Virus record (IMG/VR): IMGVR_UViG_3300037245_001077
Location: 1-64,000 of that record
DNA from: a virus
DNA: 64,000 nucleotides
Strand: one strand, 5' to 3'
Shown: one piece after another, positions 19,101 through 30,600 of the stretch
Layout of the letters: the number at the start of each line of letters is the position of its first letter
How positions within the stretch are numbered: the stretch's first letter is position 1
Translations under genes and position numbers: made by a program
Notes under the pieces: model-generated
Seen by the model: the letters and a program-made list of their open reading frames with translations, nothing else
The model's database searches: none
Told to the model about the DNA's origin: nothing

Positions 19101-20694
19101 GAGATGGAGCGGCTGCGAGAGGCATTGCTAGAGATTGCAACGCATCCGAATCACTACATGGGAAGTGAAATGCAAAAGATCGCCCGCCACGCTCTCGCAG
19201 AGACCACCGAGGAGAAGAAGAATGGTTAAAGCAGGCGTAGTGGCTCTTGAGTTGGAAGATCCTTTGACTAAGCAGTTCCATAAGGCAAAGGAGTTGATAA
19301 ACTCCCCAAACCCTGCTGATCAGGCAGAGGCCGACAGATTGTTTACGGGTGTTCTTACCGCTCTTGGTAAAGAGGCTTTTGGGCCTGATTGGGAACTGAA
19401 GGAGGTGAATGATGCCTAAGACACCACTACAGGCGGTGAAGGATGCGATGCACACGTTGGAGAGCGTACCCTCTCTGATCAAAGAGAAGAAGTGGGAGGA
19501 AGCTTATAGCTTCGTGGAAGCTGCTTCTGATGAGCTTTATACGGCTCAAAGCGCAATAGATACAAAGCTTGATGAGCTTTGGGAGGAGGAGAAGAATGGC
19601 TAAGGTGATGCTTAGCCTTGAGTTAGAGGATTACTTGGTAAATTTCCCTTGGGACACACCTCCCTATGACTGGGATGAACTCACGGAGATTCTTGGGGAA
19701 TGGGCCTTATCTGAAGACTCCGTTAAGGTGTTGACAGCGAAGTTGGGATTGAAGGGCGTAGACCAAATGGTTGCATTCATCTTGGAACGTTACTACAGTT
19801 ACAACGATGTGTGACGATTATGACGATACTGAGGTCGTTATCAAATGTGCTTCATGCGACAAGGAGTTCTCATGCGTAGAGTACAATACGGCATCTGAAG
19901 GAGTGATTTACATCACTATAGAGCCGTGTGGCTGTCTTGAAAACCAACATATGGATGACCCAAGGGAGATGTGATGGAATGGACTCAGGCGCAACGTGCT
20001 CTGATTGAGAGCTATGTTGCCCCGGACGGATTCGTGTGGGTATGTGCTGCGTGCGGTAAACTGTCTAAGGTACGAACGGGGGAACACTCCGAAACGACCT
20101 ATGGATGGGACGCGAGCTGCTTTCTGAACGCAGTACTCGTAAAGGAGAATGACTACGATCTTGGAGAGGATGGAAGAGTCTGCAAAATCAACGAAATAGC
20201 CTATGGTGGACCGGAGGAGGATGATGATGAAAGCTCGTAAGATTGACATTATTGTGATCGGCTGTAGGGGTTGCCCTTATGCACAGATGGAGCCGGAAGT
20301 CTCCTGTGGGGATACCTTCTGTACTTGTGAGGGAGAAGGGTTCCACCTGAACCATGAGGTGTACGACAATAAGGTTCACAAGGATTGCCCCTTGGAAGAG
20401 ATCGAGATTAAGGAGATCCCGCTGGCAAGTGGGGGAAACGAACTCTTTAGTGCTCTTGGGCTTAACCCCAACACTACAGCGGGAGTTGCCTGTTGTGATG
20501 ATGAGGACACCAAGTTCAACGCCTTCTCTACCCAGATGGTTGAGCTTTCGGGTATCCCTGATGAGTGGCTTGACAAGCTTATCATCAGTAAGGAGGAGAA
20601 GGATCAGCTCCAGAGAGATGAGGATGCGTGGATCAACGCGATGATCGAGGAGACCGGTGTTGGCGTTGAGGTGGCCGGTCAGTTGAAAAAGTAG
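16108..20694 (+). other. array of hypothetical CDSs (16108-16521 possible HTH, 16515-16898 coiled coil, 16891-17094 Zn ribbon, 17104-17319, 17300-18322, 18325-18555, 18545-18928, 19011-19229, 19222-19419, 19412-19603, 19596-19814, 19807-19974, 19971-20240, 20227-20694)
   Basis: Overlapping + strand ORFs with RBS; many CxxC motifs. Confidence 0.7.
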
Positions 20695-20739
20695 TTGACA
20701 CCCCGAGAAATCTTGGTTATTATCAATCATAACGTTATG
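20695..20739 (+). promoter_or_regulatory. sigma70-type promoter with a palindromic operator-like site
   Basis: TTGACA-17 nt-TATTAT (20695-20723), then the perfect palindrome CATAACGTTATG (20728-20739). Confidence 0.8.
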
Positions 20740-20755
20740 CCCTAGGAGGCAAAAT

Positions 20756-21736
20756 ATGGAAATCGAAACCGTCGAAGCAGGGACTATCTTCAAGCAGCTC
20801 AAAGGGAACTCAGCTAAGCTGAAGCTCCCGTATGGGAAGTATGACGATAAGGATCCCGAGGACCAACGTCTGATGACGATGATTCCTAAAGCGGACCCGT
20901 ACTACCGATTCCCTGGTGTGCATGTGGTTCCGCTGTTGGTGGTCTTTCAAGAGCGCAATAACGCGCTTCTGTTCGGGACGACTGGCGTAGGCAAAACCAT
21001 GCTCGGAACGCAGTTGTCCCACAAGCTCAATCTGCCCGTGACTCGTGTAAACTTCCATGGGGAGAAGGGTGCGCCGGAGATGTTCGGATACTTCGGTCTG
21101 CCTGATCCCAATATCAAGGATGATGACGGATGGAAGTGGACTGGTCTGTTAAGAGGTCTGCAACGTCCTGGTGTGCTGTTGCTGGATGAGTGGGATGCTG
21201 GGCGTGCTGAGGTGACTATTGGTCTCCAACGTGCGCTTGAGGATAACGATCCTGGCATCTTCCTCGATGAGAGAGATGAGTTCATCCCTCGTCATCCTGA
21301 TTGCATCGTGCTTGCGACAGCGAACACGAAGGGGTTGGGTGATGAGACTGGGCTGTACGCTGGTACAGGCTCACAGAACTTTGCTCAGTTGAACAGATTC
21401 CATGTAGTCATGGAGATGCAGCCGTTGGCTAAGAAGAACATGAAAGCCATCCTCACAGAGGTGGAGTTCAATGGTCATAAGCTGAAGACTGATCTTGTGG
21501 ATGCACTCACGGAGTTCTATGCTCTGACCCTGAACTCTTTCAGTGCGAATAAGCTGACTGCTCCTCTCTCGGTCAGGATGATGCTCCACTTCGCACAGTA
21601 CTTCCTGGTGCTTGGCTATGCCGCACTGGAGTTGGCTGTGCTGGCGAAGCTCCCTACAGAGTCGGATAAGCAGGCAGTCCTCGAACTGGCTGATCGTGTA
21701 AATCTTGCGGATCCGAAACGCAAAACCTCAAGCTAG
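20756..21736 (+). CDS. MoxR/CobS-family AAA+ ATPase
   Basis: Walker A GTTGVGKT, Walker B LLLDEWD, ATANTKG..YAGT..QNFAQLNRF. Confidence 0.9.
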   Translation: MEIETVEAGTIFKQLKGNSAKLKLPYGKYDDKDPEDQRLMTMIPKADPYYRFPGVHVVPLLVVFQERNNALLFGTTGVGKTMLGTQLSHKLNLPVTRVNFHGEKGAPEMFGYFGLPDPNIKDDDGWKWTGLLRGLQRPGVLLLDEWDAGRAEVTIGLQRALEDNDPGIFLDERDEFIPRHPDCIVLATANTKGLGDETGLYAGTGSQNFAQLNRFHVVMEMQPLAKKNMKAILTEVEFNGHKLKTDLVDALTEFYALTLNSFSANKLTAPLSVRMMLHFAQYFLVLGYAALELAVLAKLPTESDKQAVLELADRVNLADPKRKTSS

Positions 21737-21745
21737 GAGGTTATT

Positions 21746-24310
21746 ATGGATCTTAGTGTTAAGCATCTGAGGGATCTGTTCGGCGGGAACATTCCCGTCG
21801 CTCAGGTTCTTCAGAGCGTAGCATCTGGTATGGCTGATTGTGGGGTGAACGTGGTCATTGACCCGAACACCCAGACGCCGTATGCCATACCGGAAGAGAA
21901 GAAGATCGTATTGCCCGCTCACGTGAGATCAGAGCAAGCTCTACTCATTGTGAGTTGGCATGTGGATCATGAGGCAGGTCACATCATCCACTCTGCGCCT
22001 TACAAGCCCCTTTGTGTGGCATGGATGCGGAAGAGTAAGATGTTGGATGTCTGTATTAAACAGGGCTATGAAGCCTACACAATTAATTTTGATGGCACGA
22101 AGGTGAAGACGGAACTACCAGAGTCGATACTGCACGCTGCGAAGTTCTTCCACAACGTATGTGAGGATGCTCGTATTGAGCATCTGATGATCTCTCGTTG
22201 GCCGGGTACCAAAAAGCACTTCATCGGTGGCCCGATTGCGGCTAGCTGCGATAACCTCGTAGAAGATACGCTTAAGGAAGCCAAAGAGATGATGGAGAAG
22301 CAAGGGTTGAAACAAGTTCCAATCAGCCCCTTCTTCATAGCGATGTTCCATGCTTCTGCTCTTATGGATGGATACCATGGTCAGAAGGAACGGGACTATG
22401 TACGAGAGCTAGCACCCGACCACGTTAGTTGGGTGATGGATCTTGTGGACGATGAGTTCGGTAGCGTACATCCTTTGACTGTCACCTTTGAGGAGCTTAC
22501 CGACAAGGTGGACACGGTCGTGGCTAACATCTTGGATAAGATCTTGCCCGAGCATCAGGAACAGCCCGAAGGTGGCGGTCAAGGTGAGGGCAAAGAAGGT
22601 GGGGAAGGGCAACCTCAGCCTGGTAAAGGACAACAGGGCGGACCTACTGCGCCTAACCCGTTTGATGACAAGATTGACCCTGATGGTGAAGCAAAGGGCA
22701 AACCTCAGCCCAGTGGAGAAGGTGAGGAGGAGGATGGAGATGAAGGAGAAGGAAGCGATAGCAGCTCTGGTTTTGGTAACGAAGATGAATCTGGAGGAGA
22801 TGAGGGCGATAGTGGCGGCTCTGAATCCAGCGAAGAAGGAGAATCAGAAGGAGATTCCTCCGACGATAACGGAGACGAAAGCGGAGGTGATGACTCTAGC
22901 TCTGGCGATGACGATAGAGACGCTGATGAGTCAGGAGGAGATGTTGAACCCGGTTCCTCCGATGACGATAGCGACGGCGATGGCGATAGCGACAACGAAG
23001 GCGAAGAAGACGAATCTGATAGATCTGAACCTGGGGATGGAAGTGACTTTGACGAGGATCAAGAATCATCTTCTGATGACTCCGAAGGAGTAGATGATTC
23101 TAACGAGAACGAAGCCACAACTGGTGAGATCAATATCAAGGCTCTGCCTAAGCAGGTCGAGGAGTGGGCCAAGGATGCTCACGTAGACACCTCTGAGCTT
23201 ATCCGTGCTTCGGGTGAAACCGGATCGGATTCTCGTGGGGCAGGACCAGGAGATTCAACAGGGAACACCAGTGGTGCTCCTACTTCGATGGACCATGCTA
23301 CCGATATTGAGGGTATGCCTGATAACTACTTGGATAAGTTAGCTCCAGGGGCGAGAGTTCTGGTCATTCAGGACAATGACCTTTCCCTGTTGTTCAACGA
23401 CCAGGACAAAACCTTCCAGGCATACGATAACTTTATTCGAGGTCTTATGCCTCAGAATCTGGGGCCTGCGGCTCGAAAGCTTTTGGGACGCTTCAAGGGC
23501 GCACCCGGTCAAGCGTGGTCGGGTAACCGCATCAACCCGAAAATGCTTCAACCGATAATGTCGGGGAATGCTTATGGTAGAAGGCTCTACCTACGGCGCA
23601 ACGAGCCTATTCAAAGTAGAAGAGGTGTCTGCGTTATGGTCGCCATTGATTGCTCGGGATCGATGTGCGAGAGTGTTCCGGGTCTGAACCTTAAGGGAGG
23701 TCGTAACTCTAAGTTCTCCGTGTCACACGCTGCGGCTCGGGGGATCGCTCGGTTGCTCCAAACAGTGAACGTACCGTTCTCAGTTATGGGATTCATGGCT
23801 GTGAGTATGAAGTATGGGAGTCGCACCTGGAGTGCTTCCCGGTATTGTGACATCGTAAACTTCCTGTTCAAGGACTTTCATGAGCCTTGGACTTGCTGTG
23901 AGCAGAGGATGTTGGCGATGAATCCGAACACTAGTGTGACGTACAAGGGGGCGCATATCAGCCCTCATACCAATTCGGATGGAGAGTCTCTGTTATGGGG
24001 TGCTACTCAGATCATCACACGTGAGGAAGACACGAAGATCATGATCGTGATCTCAGACGGGTTGCCGTATGCTGGAGACACGCATCTCCAGTCTCAGTTC
24101 CTCAAGTGGGCAGTACGCCGAATCGAAATCGCTGGTATTAAGATCGGTGGTCTTGGCTTAGGCGATGATGGTGTGAAGCACTACTATAGGTTGCACGAAT
24201 TGATACCTTCCTTCCCTCCGGGTATGGGTACGGACCTTACGGCTCCGCTCTATATCCAAGAGAAGATTTTGTCTCTTGTTGACCGACTGACTATGGAAAA
24301 ACAGGACTAG
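21746..24310 (+). CDS. CobT-like protein: HExxH domain, acidic linker, VWA domain
   Basis: HEAGH and NVCEDARIE; long D/E/S/G linker; MIDAS motifs IDCSGSM and ISDGLP. Confidence 0.88.
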   Translation: MDLSVKHLRDLFGGNIPVAQVLQSVASGMADCGVNVVIDPNTQTPYAIPEEKKIVLPAHVRSEQALLIVSWHVDHEAGHIIHSAPYKPLCVAWMRKSKMLDVCIKQGYEAYTINFDGTKVKTELPESILHAAKFFHNVCEDARIEHLMISRWPGTKKHFIGGPIAASCDNLVEDTLKEAKEMMEKQGLKQVPISPFFIAMFHASALMDGYHGQKERDYVRELAPDHVSWVMDLVDDEFGSVHPLTVTFEELTDKVDTVVANILDKILPEHQEQPEGGGQGEGKEGGEGQPQPGKGQQGGPTAPNPFDDKIDPDGEAKGKPQPSGEGEEEDGDEGEGSDSSSGFGNEDESGGDEGDSGGSESSEEGESEGDSSDDNGDESGGDDSSSGDDDRDADESGGDVEPGSSDDDSDGDGDSDNEGEEDESDRSEPGDGSDFDEDQESSSDDSEGVDDSNENEATTGEINIKALPKQVEEWAKDAHVDTSELIRASGETGSDSRGAGPGDSTGNTSGAPTSMDHATDIEGMPDNYLDKLAPGARVLVIQDNDLSLLFNDQDKTFQAYDNFIRGLMPQNLGPAARKLLGRFKGAPGQAWSGNRINPKMLQPIMSGNAYGRRLYLRRNEPIQSRRGVCVMVAIDCSGSMCESVPGLNLKGGRNSKFSVSHAAARGIARLLQTVNVPFSVMGFMAVSMKYGSRTWSASRYCDIVNFLFKDFHEPWTCCEQRMLAMNPNTSVTYKGAHISPHTNSDGESLLWGATQIITREEDTKIMIVISDGLPYAGDTHLQSQFLKWAVRRIEIAGIKIGGLGLGDDGVKHYYRLHELIPSFPPGMGTDLTAPLYIQEKILSLVDRLTMEKQD

Positions 24311-24318
24311 GAGGCTAT

Positions 24319-26145
24319 ATGTACAATAATGTCCATATGACGAATGGTTTGATTTTGGATCCGTTCTCGATCCATGCAACTGGAATCATGCGTGCTCACA
24401 CTGGAGTAAAGAGCATGAATCCTTCTGGGGGTAAGAGCACTAAGCTCTTTGATGGGTTGCATGGAGAGGCGAGGTTTAAGCAGGCGTTTATCAATTGTTG
24501 CCACTTTGCGGAGTCGATGACTGTGGTTGGGCCGGTGGCTCAACTGGTGTGGGACAAAGAATCCTCTAGCGTTATCGAGAACGCTGTCCGGTGGCAGGCT
24601 TCGATGATGAACTCTGGAAACGGTAACGTTTTCCAACAATTCGAGGAGTACTGCCAGAATCAGGGATGGTCGAATATCCCTGAGGAAACGTGGAAGGGTG
24701 AGAAAGCTTACCTGTTAAACGTGTTGCCGGATCTCTCTTTGAAGAAGAATCTTATTGGTGATGAAGCGTGGATGTCTGACTACCACAGCAGGTTGAACTA
24801 CTTCCTGTACAATGAGAGGTATGGGATTGGTGCAACGACTCGTGATCTTGCTGAGGTGAATGGGCTGAGTCGCACGGATGCGATGGTTCAAGCGGGATCT
24901 CCCGTTCTCGGTCTCATGGCAGTTACGTTCACGTTCAAGAAGCCTACGGGGAGTATGAGTACTACGGAGCTTGTTAACCTGGGAAGCTGGCCTCCGGTCA
25001 CTTTCTTGATCCCGAGTCTCTTACCGGCTTCGGCAACTATTCAAGATAGAGGCGCTTATGAGATGCGTGCTCGGATCACTAACCGACAGCCTTCCATCTC
25101 CAGTTATCGGATCTCTCTTGGTCCTAATGATGATAGTGGCACTATCGTTCCGTTCGGTCAGCCGTATCGGTTGTCCTCGGTTCCAAAAGAGGGTAAGCGA
25201 CCGGATATCCTTCGGTCTCTGTCCGACGTGTTCAAAGCTCTCTGGTCTCAGGCCGCTCAGTACTCTGCGTGGAACATGACTATTCCTTGGGAAGCAGCCG
25301 ACGCAAACGGCAACGTGTTGCAGAAGCAGATTGGGGATATGAGTCTGGATCCGCTTGGGGCTGGTCGGCGTATCCGTGGTCACAACCGGTACATGAGCAA
25401 GTATGACATCGACAACTTCTCGATGATTTGGGAGGAAGGAAGCAACAACGATAACCGCTTGGTGGGTTGGAACCTCGATGGTATAAACAAGGGAGCTTGG
25501 AATCGTCAGATGCGGTCAGGCTTTTCTGGGAAGACTGAGAACATCTTTGTTCTGCCTAGCTACTTCACGGAGCGGACAGGGGAGAACCTGTACCCGGTGG
25601 CTCTGGCTCTGGCTCGTTTCGGCATGGTAGAAGATGCTGGTATTGAGGACTTCCTCGATGGGGGCATCTTGTCCTCTGTACAGCCTGCGAACCACTTGGA
25701 AGAGAATTCTGTAGCTGGTAATCGTACTCGGAGCTTCACTGATCTGATGACGGAGACCATCCAGGGAACTGTCAAGGATGTCAATACCCGAGGAGCTATC
25801 CCGGTGCATAGGGTAGAAGCTGAAATCGCTTTCGACGAAGAAGGCGACCCCACTGTATTCGGGTTGGTAATGAACGGTAGCGCTAAAGCTCTTATGCGTA
25901 AGCATAATGATGCCATCTTAGATCCTGCCGAGCGTGATGAACTGTTGAAGGAAGTGGATCGTCTCGGGAACTTCCAATTCCTCGATGCGATTTGCTCCAA
26001 GAACACCAAGGATCTCACCGATACCTTCAAGGCGGTCAAGGCTAAGGGCATTAGTACGCCTGGAACTAAGGCTGCTGCTCTGTTGGATGATGAACTGGCA
26101 ATTGATCTGTTCGGCTCCGACAGCACGGATGGAATGCTGGAGTAA
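24319..26145 (+). CDS. large hypothetical protein in the AAA-VWA operon
   Basis: 608-aa ORF with a GGAGG RBS; no motif recognised. Confidence 0.85.
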   Translation: MYNNVHMTNGLILDPFSIHATGIMRAHTGVKSMNPSGGKSTKLFDGLHGEARFKQAFINCCHFAESMTVVGPVAQLVWDKESSSVIENAVRWQASMMNSGNGNVFQQFEEYCQNQGWSNIPEETWKGEKAYLLNVLPDLSLKKNLIGDEAWMSDYHSRLNYFLYNERYGIGATTRDLAEVNGLSRTDAMVQAGSPVLGLMAVTFTFKKPTGSMSTTELVNLGSWPPVTFLIPSLLPASATIQDRGAYEMRARITNRQPSISSYRISLGPNDDSGTIVPFGQPYRLSSVPKEGKRPDILRSLSDVFKALWSQAAQYSAWNMTIPWEAADANGNVLQKQIGDMSLDPLGAGRRIRGHNRYMSKYDIDNFSMIWEEGSNNDNRLVGWNLDGINKGAWNRQMRSGFSGKTENIFVLPSYFTERTGENLYPVALALARFGMVEDAGIEDFLDGGILSSVQPANHLEENSVAGNRTRSFTDLMTETIQGTVKDVNTRGAIPVHRVEAEIAFDEEGDPTVFGLVMNGSAKALMRKHNDAILDPAERDELLKEVDRLGNFQFLDAICSKNTKDLTDTFKAVKAKGISTPGTKAAALLDDELAIDLFGSDSTDGMLE

Positions 26146-26148
26146 GCC

Positions 26149-27033
26149 ATGCTGCCATCGTTGATCTTTGGACGATCTGGTTCCACAGACGGTGAAACCG
26201 GGCTGTTCCTTCTGGAGGGCAGCCTAGCTACCTTCTGTCTCGACTCTAATGAGGTACGGCGTGTTGCCTCAAAGCGTGAGGGGTATGAAATCAATACCGC
26301 TCAAGTACACCGACAGGATAACGGTAGCACCTCTGGTGTTGACGAACCTGAGTACCTGAATAAGGTCGAAGGGTATTGTCAGGATACTGATGATTTTGAA
26401 TTTGTTCTGCGGGACGCGGGAGGTATAGCTGGTTTCGCCGCAAGAGGTGAGTCAGCTTTCATGAATTTTGATACTCGCAAGTACGCAGAACGAAAGTACA
26501 TAAATGAGTTTGTAGGTCTCGTTCCTAAGGACCGAGCGATCAAGGCTATCCTGCGGGAGGAAGGGTGCAGGACTAAACGCACTATCCTCTTTGCGGCAGG
26601 CATCCCACAATCACAGGGAGGTAAGACGTGGGTTATTGCTCCGTGTGGCTTCACTTGGTTGGGACAAACACCACCTGTCCTTGTACCGGCGAGCAGCTTT
26701 CACTTTGATGATCTACCTAACGAGCAAGATACGCTCTGGACTGTGATTACAGATGCGGTCCCGATGTTCTCTGGTCACTACCAGTTGCAGCCGGGGGAAC
26801 AACACCCTCGGATCCTCCATACGAAGCTCGACGAATCTCAGATGGAGAAGTACATGAAGACGTACATGCGTGCAATAGTTGATGGAGATGGCAGTATCGC
26901 TAAAGGAGTACAGATAGTGAAGTACTTACAATCAGTACGGAAGGCGTCTGGTAACAGCGTAGCTACGGGGCAAGAAATACTCTTTGGGTTAAACGATCAG
27001 ATTATTGACGTAGAAGATAATGGGATGTGGTGA
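26149..27033 (+). CDS. hypothetical protein in the AAA-VWA operon
   Basis: 294-aa ORF with a GGAG RBS. Confidence 0.8.
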   Translation: MLPSLIFGRSGSTDGETGLFLLEGSLATFCLDSNEVRRVASKREGYEINTAQVHRQDNGSTSGVDEPEYLNKVEGYCQDTDDFEFVLRDAGGIAGFAARGESAFMNFDTRKYAERKYINEFVGLVPKDRAIKAILREEGCRTKRTILFAAGIPQSQGGKTWVIAPCGFTWLGQTPPVLVPASSFHFDDLPNEQDTLWTVITDAVPMFSGHYQLQPGEQHPRILHTKLDESQMEKYMKTYMRAIVDGDGSIAKGVQIVKYLQSVRKASGNSVATGQEILFGLNDQIIDVEDNGMW

Positions 27034-27637
27034 TATGACTATGCGTAAAGAGTTTCAAGACTATGAGGTTGAGGCCATACTGGAGAAGGCCGGGGTACTG
27101 CCTGCGGTAGCTTGCTACATGGATTATGGCAGGAAGAAAGGCAGTTACTACGGTAGCGGGCGTAACAATTACGGGAACCACTCTATGAGTTTCGAATTTG
27201 CCGGGATCAAAATGTGGTTCTCCTACGAGACGTTGATTGCGTTTCAGGCAGATGGAGGTCTCCAGATTGTTCGAGAGAACACCTGGGGTCCGACGACTGG
27301 ACGCCATCTTCAAGCAGCTCAGCGGGGTTATGGCAAGCGATATCCCGATGACGAGTTCTTGGTCTTGTTCGTTGACGCTATTGGCCGAGCCGGGATTGCT
27401 AAGATCCCGAGGCTGTGCGTCTTTGAGCAGAAACCTAAGTCTCCGAAGCGTAAGATGCTTCGTAAGATTGGGTTACGAAAATTGGGTGAGCGGGTGATTG
27501 CAGTTCCTACACCCCCTGAGTTTACATCAGGGAGGAAGAATACGCACCCCAAGAAACAGACTCGATTGGAAAAACTAGCAGTAGGGTTTGACTTCGATGA
27601 GTACGAAGAAGAGTTCCCTGAGGAGGTGTTCGTATGA
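27020..27637 (+). CDS. conserved phage hypothetical protein
   Basis: WFSYETLIAF...VRENTWGPTTGRHL resembles a motif common in phage ORFs (recalled, not searched). Confidence 0.7.
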   Translation: MGCGDMTMRKEFQDYEVEAILEKAGVLPAVACYMDYGRKKGSYYGSGRNNYGNHSMSFEFAGIKMWFSYETLIAFQADGGLQIVRENTWGPTTGRHLQAAQRGYGKRYPDDEFLVLFVDAIGRAGIAKIPRLCVFEQKPKSPKRKMLRKIGLRKLGERVIAVPTPPEFTSGRKNTHPKKQTRLEKLAVGFDFDEYEEEFPEEVFV

Positions 27638-30600
27638 ACATGGACAAGTTGAGCATGGACGTTCCCGAGGAGCGGGAAGCACTCCAACAGGCATTTGAGC
27701 AGATCATTGAAACCATTCAGGATCATCCTGACCAGATCATATTGGTCCCTGGCACCAACGCCAAGACTAACGAGGACGTGGCAGCTTTTGCTATTGAGCA
27801 GGATGGCCAGATCATGCCGTTCGCCGTGTTCGTTATGCCGGGGGATATCGTCCCTCGTAAGAGCAGGACGCAGAAGGAGATCGAGGAACGGGAGAAGGAT
27901 AAAGAGTTCGTTCTCCCCGAGGACGCCAGAGCGGATGAGTATATTGCTCCTCTTAGCTTGGATGATTTCGAGGATGACGACCCGGAGGTGGACTGATGCC
28001 TAAGGTTAACTTTCCTCACAGTATGCACGATTTGCCTGAGCCTGAGTTCTCAGAGGTATTCAACCGCACCATCATTGACCAACAGTGTCACGATTGCCAA
28101 TGGTTCATCCCTGAGCGTAGGCTGTGCGGGTTTAATGTTGATTCCGAGTCAGGAGATACGCTAGACCTACTTTATGAACATGACGAGGGTCAGGTGGTTC
28201 CTCTTGAGGACTGTGTTGCTTGGGTCCATACTGATCACGTGGTTCCAAAGGTAGACAATGAGTAGTCCGTTTTCAACGGAATATCTTGAGGAAGAAATCG
28301 CGTTCTACAACCCACAACTCTATGAAAAGGATGGAGTTAAACTCATTCTTAAACCCATCAAGGGAGCTTGCCGGATCGACGAATACCTCAACGTGATGTT
28401 GTGGACCGAGGGTCCGGATATCCCGGTACTTATGTTCAATGATACCCTCTGGATGTCGCTCACCTGGATGGAAGTTCAATCCTTTTGGGTAGCCCGTCAA
28501 GAGTTCGAGGGTGTCGTATTGATGGGTGGTTTGGGCATGGGCTACGCTGCGCTTCGGCTCGCAGCTAAACCGGAGGTGGAGAAAGTAGTTGTATACGAAA
28601 TCGATTCACGGGTAATCGAGTTCTTTGAGGAGACCCAGAAGGGCCGCCCGGAAATGGATAAGATCGAGATTAGGGTCGGTGACGTGCATGAAGCCGAGGG
28701 CAAGTACGACTACGCTTTTATCGACATTTACGCTACCCTACTTCCTGATGAGTTACGCGAGGACGCACAGTTCTTCCTTCACGATGCCTCTGAAAAGCTG
28801 GAGGTAGGTCAGTGGTGTTTTTGGGGCCAGGAGGCGATCTGGTTTAATATGCTGGAACGTGGGGAAAGCCCTAACATTACGCGGGTTGAGTCGGTATTCT
28901 TTGGTTTGTTTTCTGACTATGAACACTCTAACCTTAAACCCCCGATGGGGGATGGGAATACTGAGTTCAGTGAGGAAGTACACTATCTCTTGAGAGGAGA
29001 CACGTTATGAATCCTTACACTGAGGAATTGGTGGATGCTTTGATTACTCTGGAGGCTCATGGCAAAACTTTCCGGGTGTGGCTTAACGACTCGGATAGCT
29101 TCGGGAGGCATGAGCAGCTTGGAGATGCCAGGGAAGAGTGGGTGATTGCTAATAACAAGGTAGCGAAATTGGTTCCGAAATTTTGGGCTGAGCAAGAGAA
29201 ACTTATGGGTGAGGCACCAATAGATGTGAGTGCTTTGGATGAGGTAATGTTGTGAGCGAGTATATAGTTCGCCGGACAAACTTATATTACTCTCTATTCG
29301 CCCGGATAACCTAGGAGGCTGGCTAATGGCTAAGCGGAAAATCATAGTGGAAACCCTTACGCACTATATATTTAGGCACCAAATGGAGGATGGTACAATT
29401 TACGAAGGAACCTTGAAAATCAACGGAGATTATAATACTGCTGAGGTGGATAACATAAAGTCTAATAAGAATGCTGGTGGCGAGGCGTGGGATTGGGCGC
29501 AAAGAAGCTGGCCGGAGTTTATCAAGGAGGAGGGTCCGTCTATTACCGTGGACCTTGGTGACGGCGAGACTTTGATCATCCCTTCTACTCTTAGGTGGGC
29601 GTGCGTGTCGGGCGTGTACGATATGAAAATGAATCATCTACCTATACAGGAAGTTAATTATAGTACCGCTAGGAACACGGGGTACGCCAAGGCCCAGAAG
29701 GAGAAGCGGGGTAAAACTACCCCCAAATTCAAAGCGGTGCCTCCTTTCTTTGCGCAGGATAAACCAGAATCCACACCCCGTAGGGGTGTGGGTGTAAGAA
29801 AGACCACCATTATTCAGCCGGATAAGGTTACCAAGAAGAGCCAGCGGAAGCTCAGCGCAGTCGAGAAATTGACGCAAGGTACTGATGTTGAAGCGGTTAA
29901 GCAGAAGAATATCCAGAAGGCGATGTTGGAGGAAAATTGATGACGAGAACTGATCGTATCGGCTATGGTGTAACCCGTTTATTTTTGGTAACAATATCTG
30001 CCATACTATTTACCAATGCTCCGCTTGCAGGGAGTTTTTGGTGGTCCTTTTTTATGAACTTTTCGGCTATAGGGGTATTGAGCTTCGGTGTATTCAAAAT
30101 GGTAGGAGTGGAGGATTGAATGAAAGATATACCAGAGGTTAAGGAGGATTGGGTCGAACCAACCCTTACGCCAGAACAAGAAGCGTTGTATATGACTCGT
30201 CTTGGTACGCGGTGTCCAGTTTGTAAAACTACAAGGATAGAGCATGTTTATCCTGCATGGCATCCAGATCAGCACCGACATCTTCTTACTCGTGAGGGCC
30301 GGTGTGGGGAATGCGAGACGATATGGCATGATACCTATACTTTGTCCAGTATAGAATTGATACCAGAAGAAGATTCTGGATGGGGAGGAGATGGTGGCTA
30401 ATACGATGGTTACGTTTACGGTGCAGGGTTTCATTGAGCATGAAGATTGGGATGATCAAGATGAGAGCAAGGATTTTGAGGAGAAATTGGCGACAATGAC
30501 CAAACAGCTAGGGCAGTTTGGAACTGTACAGCTAGAGAGTATGGAGTATGAGTAATGTCTGAGACAGTTACAGTTACAGTTAACCAATTGGCAAAATTGA

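Noticed and set aside
22560-23120. DNA-level repeat or mobile element in the acidic linker
   Set aside because: It is low-complexity coding sequence without discrete repeat units
20756-24310. Cobalamin biosynthesis (cobS/cobT) auxiliary metabolism
   Set aside because: No CobN or other cob genes are in the window; the motifs support only a general MoxR-VWA pair
26863-26898. LAGLIDADG-like motif YMRAIVDGDGSI
   Set aside because: It is a single motif near the C-terminus without room or pattern for the rest of the fold; likely chance
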